Origin: a virus
Lineage: Duplodnaviria > Caudoviricetes
Direction: 5' to 3' (one strand)
Length of the DNA stretch: 29,611 nucleotides
Virus record (IMG/VR): IMGVR_UViG_3300020045_011892
Coordinates: 1 to 29,611 of that record
The number at the start of each line of letters is the position of its first letter. Position 1 is the first letter of the stretch. Both the position numbers and the translations under genes were made by a program. The notes beneath the pieces were generated by a model. That model was not told the origin of the DNA and searched no databases. It saw only the letters and a program-made list of their open reading frames with translations. Of this stretch, positions 26,052 to 29,611 are shown piece after piece.

Positions 26052-27814
26052 AATTTTTAATTATATTGTTTTTATTATTATTTGGTATTGAGTCACAAGC
26101 ATCTAGGGCTATTTTAGTAGATGAAAATAATGTTGTCGAAAATATCCCAACAATTATTTGGACTAATACAGGTGGCACTAATGTATTTTACAATCTAGAC
26201 CTAACTAACATGCATATAAGTGGGACAGGAGAGATACATCGTTATGCTACTGATCCTGATGATATTATTAATTTAAGATGTTTGACAAATGAGATGAGTA
26301 ATGCAGTAAGTGGTATAAGTGGTGCTGTCCCAAGTCTAACAGGTAATTATTATGTTGTATACTCCACTAATATTGTTGTTAATGGGACAGGTATTATTTA
26401 TAGAGTTGCAATTAGTGATTTTGATATTGTTAACTTTTTGACACTAACAAACCAATTAAGTAATACTGTTGCAATTTTAAATCATGACAACTTGGGTAAT
26501 CATAATGCAACAAATGATTTAAATATGGCTTTTTGGAATATTAAAGCTGTTAAAAATATAACGGGAACTAACTCACTTAATATGTCTGCATTTGGTGATT
26601 CTGCTGGACGTATAACTGCTGGAAAAAATAATATGTTACTTGGTTATCATTATCCTACAAATCTAGTTGCTCAAAATGGAAGAGGAATAAATGTAGAATT
26701 AGATGGTTATGGAAATATTATTATCGGACAAACATTATACTCTAGTAACGTTATATTAAGCACTTGTGAAGGAAATTTGTTATCATTAAATACAAGTGGA
26801 TATGGCTCTACAAATGCAAATGGAAGGAGAGCAAATACATTATTAAGTGCATCAGATAATAATATTGGTATAGTAAATTCTGTAGCAGCAACAAACAGAT
26901 TGGTCACATTAACAAGCACAATTGGTTCCTTTTTTAGTATGGTTGATGGAGATAATGGCTCTAGTGCTCAAGCAAGTCTATTTGACATGTTTAGTGATAA
27001 TGCCTGCCTAATGCTTGCTTATCATACTGCTGGAGGCATTAGCACGATGAGATTAAGTAAGGCAAGTATATTATTACACTCTGCCAGCACAACAACTGAT
27101 ATAGCAAGAGTCCAGTCAGTTGATGAGACATTTGGTATTGGAGCAGTAACAATAACTAATAGTATGTCATTTACGATGGGTGACAATTATGGTAGTGAGC
27201 CTTTGACCATTAGAGGACCAAGAGTAAAAATAGGGGAGAATACAAATTGTGTGACTGTAAATACCAATGGCTCTATGATATTTAACGGAACTGCTAAATT
27301 TTGGGATGATTTGCAGGTGCCGGGATTAGCAGTGCAAGTAGGTCCAACTGCTCCTGACTTGGTAAGCACATTCGGAAATATTAGGGTATTTGGATTTGAT
27401 GGAAATGCACTTAATGAGGAGGTATTTTTTAGTGTGCAATTACCTCACGGATTGGATACTAACTCTCTTATCTATCCTCATATACATTGGATGCCCTCTA
27501 CTACTGCAACAGGGACGGTAACTTGGACTCTAGAGCTTTTCCAACAAAATTATGGTGCAAATTTTACAAACGGACATTATGCTCAGACAAATACAATGAC
27601 CAATGTATTTTTAGTTAATAGTCAATGGCAACACACTCTAACCAATTTCCCAAGTTATAGACCGAGAAAAGATATATCAAGTATTATTTTGGGCAGATTA
27701 AATAGGGACTCTGGTGATGCTGCTGACAATTATGCTGCTGATGCCTGCTTATTAGGTATTGATTTCCATATTTTAAGAGACCAATTGGGCAGTTATAATG
27801 TCACCAGTAAGTAA
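26048..27814 (+). CDS. Fibre/adhesin-like protein with N-terminal signal peptide, TN-rich
   Basis: MKFLIILFLLLFGIESQA; 19 TN dipeptides; C-terminal WDDLQVP...QLPHG...PHIHW...IDFH globular domain. Confidence 0.7.
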   Translation: MKFLIILFLLLFGIESQASRAILVDENNVVENIPTIIWTNTGGTNVFYNLDLTNMHISGTGEIHRYATDPDDIINLRCLTNEMSNAVSGISGAVPSLTGNYYVVYSTNIVVNGTGIIYRVAISDFDIVNFLTLTNQLSNTVAILNHDNLGNHNATNDLNMAFWNIKAVKNITGTNSLNMSAFGDSAGRITAGKNNMLLGYHYPTNLVAQNGRGINVELDGYGNIIIGQTLYSSNVILSTCEGNLLSLNTSGYGSTNANGRRANTLLSASDNNIGIVNSVAATNRLVTLTSTIGSFFSMVDGDNGSSAQASLFDMFSDNACLMLAYHTAGGISTMRLSKASILLHSASTTTDIARVQSVDETFGIGAVTITNSMSFTMGDNYGSEPLTIRGPRVKIGENTNCVTVNTNGSMIFNGTAKFWDDLQVPGLAVQVGPTAPDLVSTFGNIRVFGFDGNALNEEVFFSVQLPHGLDTNSLIYPHIHWMPSTTATGTVTWTLELFQQNYGANFTNGHYAQTNTMTNVFLVNSQWQHTLTNFPSYRPRKDISSIILGRLNRDSGDAADNYAADACLLGIDFHILRDQLGSYNVTSK

Positions 27815-27910
27815 ATTATTAAGTGGAAGATTCTGGTTAACTATTTTAATTGGTCTAACCTTTTGCTATTGTGCTGTTTATGACAAATTGAGCAGTGAGA
27901 ATATAATGGA

Positions 27911-27922
27911 AATAATACTAAT
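27911..27922 (+). promoter_or_regulatory. Candidate late-promoter motif AATAATACTAAT (last two rightward genes)
   Basis: Intergenic copy of the 12-mer. Confidence 0.55.
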
Positions 27923-27930
27923 AGTTATGT

Positions 27931-28161
27931 ATGGATATTTTACAAAAAGGAGAAATGAAAATGGACAATAAGATACCGGAGAAAATAAAATTAAATTATG
28001 TAAATATTGAGTTGACAGTGGATGAGGCAGATATGATTGTCAATATTATTAAAAAAACTGATCCCATGATAATATACACAGGAAGTTTACTCAATAAGAT
28101 ATGCTCCCAAGTTAATAAGCAAATAAATATTAAGGACGAAAAAATAAAAGTAGAGGTGTAG
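27931..28161 (+). CDS. Hypothetical protein (likely start ATG 27955 or 27961)
   Basis: RBS AAGGAG near 27947. Confidence 0.65.
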   Translation: MDILQKGEMKMDNKIPEKIKLNYVNIELTVDEADMIVNIIKKTDPMIIYTGSLLNKICSQVNKQINIKDEKIKVEV

Positions 28162-28162
28162 T

Positions 28163-28447
28163 ATGGTTGAGCAGTGGATTAAAGAGAATTTATTAGCACT
28201 ACTTATTATAATTTTTAGTGCAGGCATGGCATATTATTCGTTAAATAGTGCAAATAATAAGATAAGTGATATTGATTTTAGTTTGAGGGACCATATAAAT
28301 AAACAATTAGATAGAGATATGGGTATTGTAAGGATGGAAGTAAAAATGATATATTTAGTAGATGGTATTGATGATATTAAAAAAGAAATAAACGAATTAA
28401 AAAAAACAATCCAAAATGATAAGTGGACAATGATTAGTGGGAATTAG
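28163..28447 (+). CDS. Single-TM plus coiled-coil protein, holin-like
   Basis: LLALLIIIFSAGMAYYSL followed by heptads; RBS GAGGTG; last late gene. Confidence 0.55.
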   Translation: MVEQWIKENLLALLIIIFSAGMAYYSLNSANNKISDIDFSLRDHINKQLDRDMGIVRMEVKMIYLVDGIDDIKKEINELKKTIQNDKWTMISGN

Positions 28448-28464
28448 GAATATTTAAGTTTCAA

Positions 28465-28755
28465 TCATACATTTTCCTTATTATTTTTATATCTTTGAAG
28501 GTCACTTTTTATATATTTTTGATTCCATTCTTTTTTTGTCATAAGTTCAAGATTTTCTATGTTATTATTATGTGGATTATTATCTTTATGATGCAATAGA
28601 CAATCTTCAGGAACTTTTTTATTATTATGTTTTTCCCAAATATATCTATGCATCCAAATCATTTTCTTCTCGTTATTTAAATAAAAATATCCATTAATTC
28701 TTTTATACCATAGTTTACCATCAAGTATTACTGTGTTTTCATAATTATTTTTCAT
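28465..28755 (-). CDS. Small HNH protein, possibly degenerate (start moved from 28890 to ATG 28755)
   Basis: MHRYIWEKH...VPEDCLLHHKDNNPHNNNIENLEL; similar to the N-terminal domain of 7940-8446; a promoter lies inside the longer ORF. Confidence 0.8.
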   Translation of the reverse strand: MKNNYENTVILDGKLWYKRINGYFYLNNEKKMIWMHRYIWEKHNNKKVPEDCLLHHKDNNPHNNNIENLELMTKKEWNQKYIKSDLQRYKNNKENV

Positions 28756-28814
28756 TTTATTATCATTTTTATTGACTGACTTTAATCGAGATACAAATAA
28801 TTTATTCTTTATAT

Positions 28815-28842
28815 AGTATAGCAGGTTGTTCAAGTTTGTCAA
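28815..28842 (-). promoter_or_regulatory. Sigma-70-type promoter with extended -10
   Basis: Minus strand TTGACA-16 nt-TATACT with TGn before the -10. Confidence 0.75.
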
Positions 28843-28887
28843 GTAAAAAACATTTAATCGAATAAAGACATTAACTTTTATTAGATT

Positions 28888-28989
28888 CAATTAAGTCCGA
28901 GTAAAACGAGGATTTAATTGTCCTTTTAAACGAATGTAACGAAGTGGAATGAGTTATAAGGATAGGGCTAATGAGGAACGAGTTAGCCT
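28888..28989 (+). other. Three adjacent hairpins with GA-rich AACGA loops
   Basis: CAATTAAGTCC/GGATTTAATTG; TCCTT..AAC/GTT..AAGGA; GGGCTAA/TTAGCCT. Confidence 0.65.
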
Positions 28990-29039
28990 GTAGTAATTAT
29001 ATCTTTCTTTTATTTATTTTTAGAAGATAGAATGTATAC

Positions 29040-29420
29040 TGGCAATTGAATCACGAACTTGAGTACAACTTCGTGGAGGGGCTACTCGGAGTACCTCGTA
29101 ACCCACTCTTTCAATATAAACTAGATTCTAAATATTAAACTTGAATTAACTTGAATATCTTGGTGGAATGAGGCAACTCCCCTTAAGCAAAAAGAGGAGT
29201 CAAAAAATAAGAGTTGTTTTAGTTACTGGTATACGGTCACTCTGTAATACCATGCTCTTATACTCACTGTGACGGTCATGCCTACCATGTTTCAGGGTTT
29301 TCGGCATCTATCGTTGTGTTTTTGTTTATGCAGAGGTTCTTTAACTATCTTATTTCTCAAGTCCAGCTTTTTCAGTCTGGAGAACTCTATCTGCAATCGG
29401 TTACAACTAAATTTCCGATA
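29040..29420 (-). ncRNA. Candidate structured non-coding RNA (family not recognised; 3' end uncertain)
   Basis: ORF-free, locally GC-richer, many nested stems; begins about 12 nt downstream of a sigma-54 promoter. Confidence 0.5.
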
Positions 29421-29431
29421 CTTATATATAT

Positions 29432-29448
29432 AGCAAATTCCGTGCCAA
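29432..29448 (-). promoter_or_regulatory. Sigma-54 (RpoN) -24/-12 promoter
   Basis: Minus strand TTGGCACGGAATTTGCT, an exact match to TGGCACG-N4-TTGCW. Confidence 0.85.
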
Positions 29449-29490
29449 CTTTATAATTATTTTCAAAAACCATGAAATCACTGGGGTTTT

Positions 29491-29611
29491 TCATATTTTT
29501 ATTTTTTATGAACTTATTTTGTATGTCTTTTTTTGTCATTTTTTAGAAATTATTATATTAAATATGAGAACCCCAATACCTACATTATAGCTTATTTATT
29601 TCTTTTTGCAA
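29491..29611. repeat. Direct terminal repeat, right copy
   Basis: Identical to 1-121. Confidence 0.97.

Noticed and set aside
43-27369. Other short overlapping or antisense ORFs in the track (e.g. 43-240, 1997-2179, 2202-2417, 4078-4383, 9240-9581, 22157-22471, 26707-26919)
   Set aside because: They overlap well-supported genes, show no recognisable motif, and mirror the coding-strand bias
24282-27814. Diversity-generating retroelement
   Set aside because: No reverse transcriptase, and no template/variable repeat pair was seen
28465-29420. IscB/HEARO (OMEGA) system
   Set aside because: The 96-aa HNH has no PLMP, RuvC or bridge helix and has its own promoter
28890-29490. tRNA, tmRNA or rRNA genes
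   Set aside because: No cloverleaf or T-loop GTTCRA in a suitable context was seen by eye
1-29611. Stop-codon reassignment
   Set aside because: Core genes are full length in code 11, and TAA, TAG and TGA all end genes at expected positions

Overview
The window is an apparently complete, circularly assembled genome of an AT-rich tailed phage. Positions 1-121 are repeated exactly at 29491-29611, giving a unit length of 29,490 bp. The layout is siphovirus-like with an HK97-type head. A small leftward early block (about 95-1729, plus 28465-29450 across the junction) faces away from a long rightward operon. That operon encodes two sigma-70-like factors, several HNH/GIY-YIG nucleases, two DxD glycosyltransferase-like proteins, an FkbM methyltransferase, terminase, portal, protease, TWO major capsid paralogues, neck, tail tube, frameshifting tail chaperones, a short tape measure, distal tail proteins and a possible holin. 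The most striking signal is about 450 residues of Ser-rich, mucin-like sequence grafted onto three virion proteins: capsid paralogue 2, the head-closure protein (which also carries a LamG lectin-like domain) and the tail terminator. The same genome encodes glycosyl- and glycan-type methyltransferases, which suggests a phage-encoded virion O-glycosylation system (inference). Other unusual points: a perfect sigma-54 promoter pointing into an ORF-free, stem-rich region (candidate ncRNA); an interleaved inverted-repeat element between terL and portal; a recurring ATAATACTAAT late-promoter-like motif; a signal-peptide-bearing TN-rich tail-region protein; and no recognisable replication, integration or endolysin genes. 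All protein calls come from reading motifs by eye; no searches were run.
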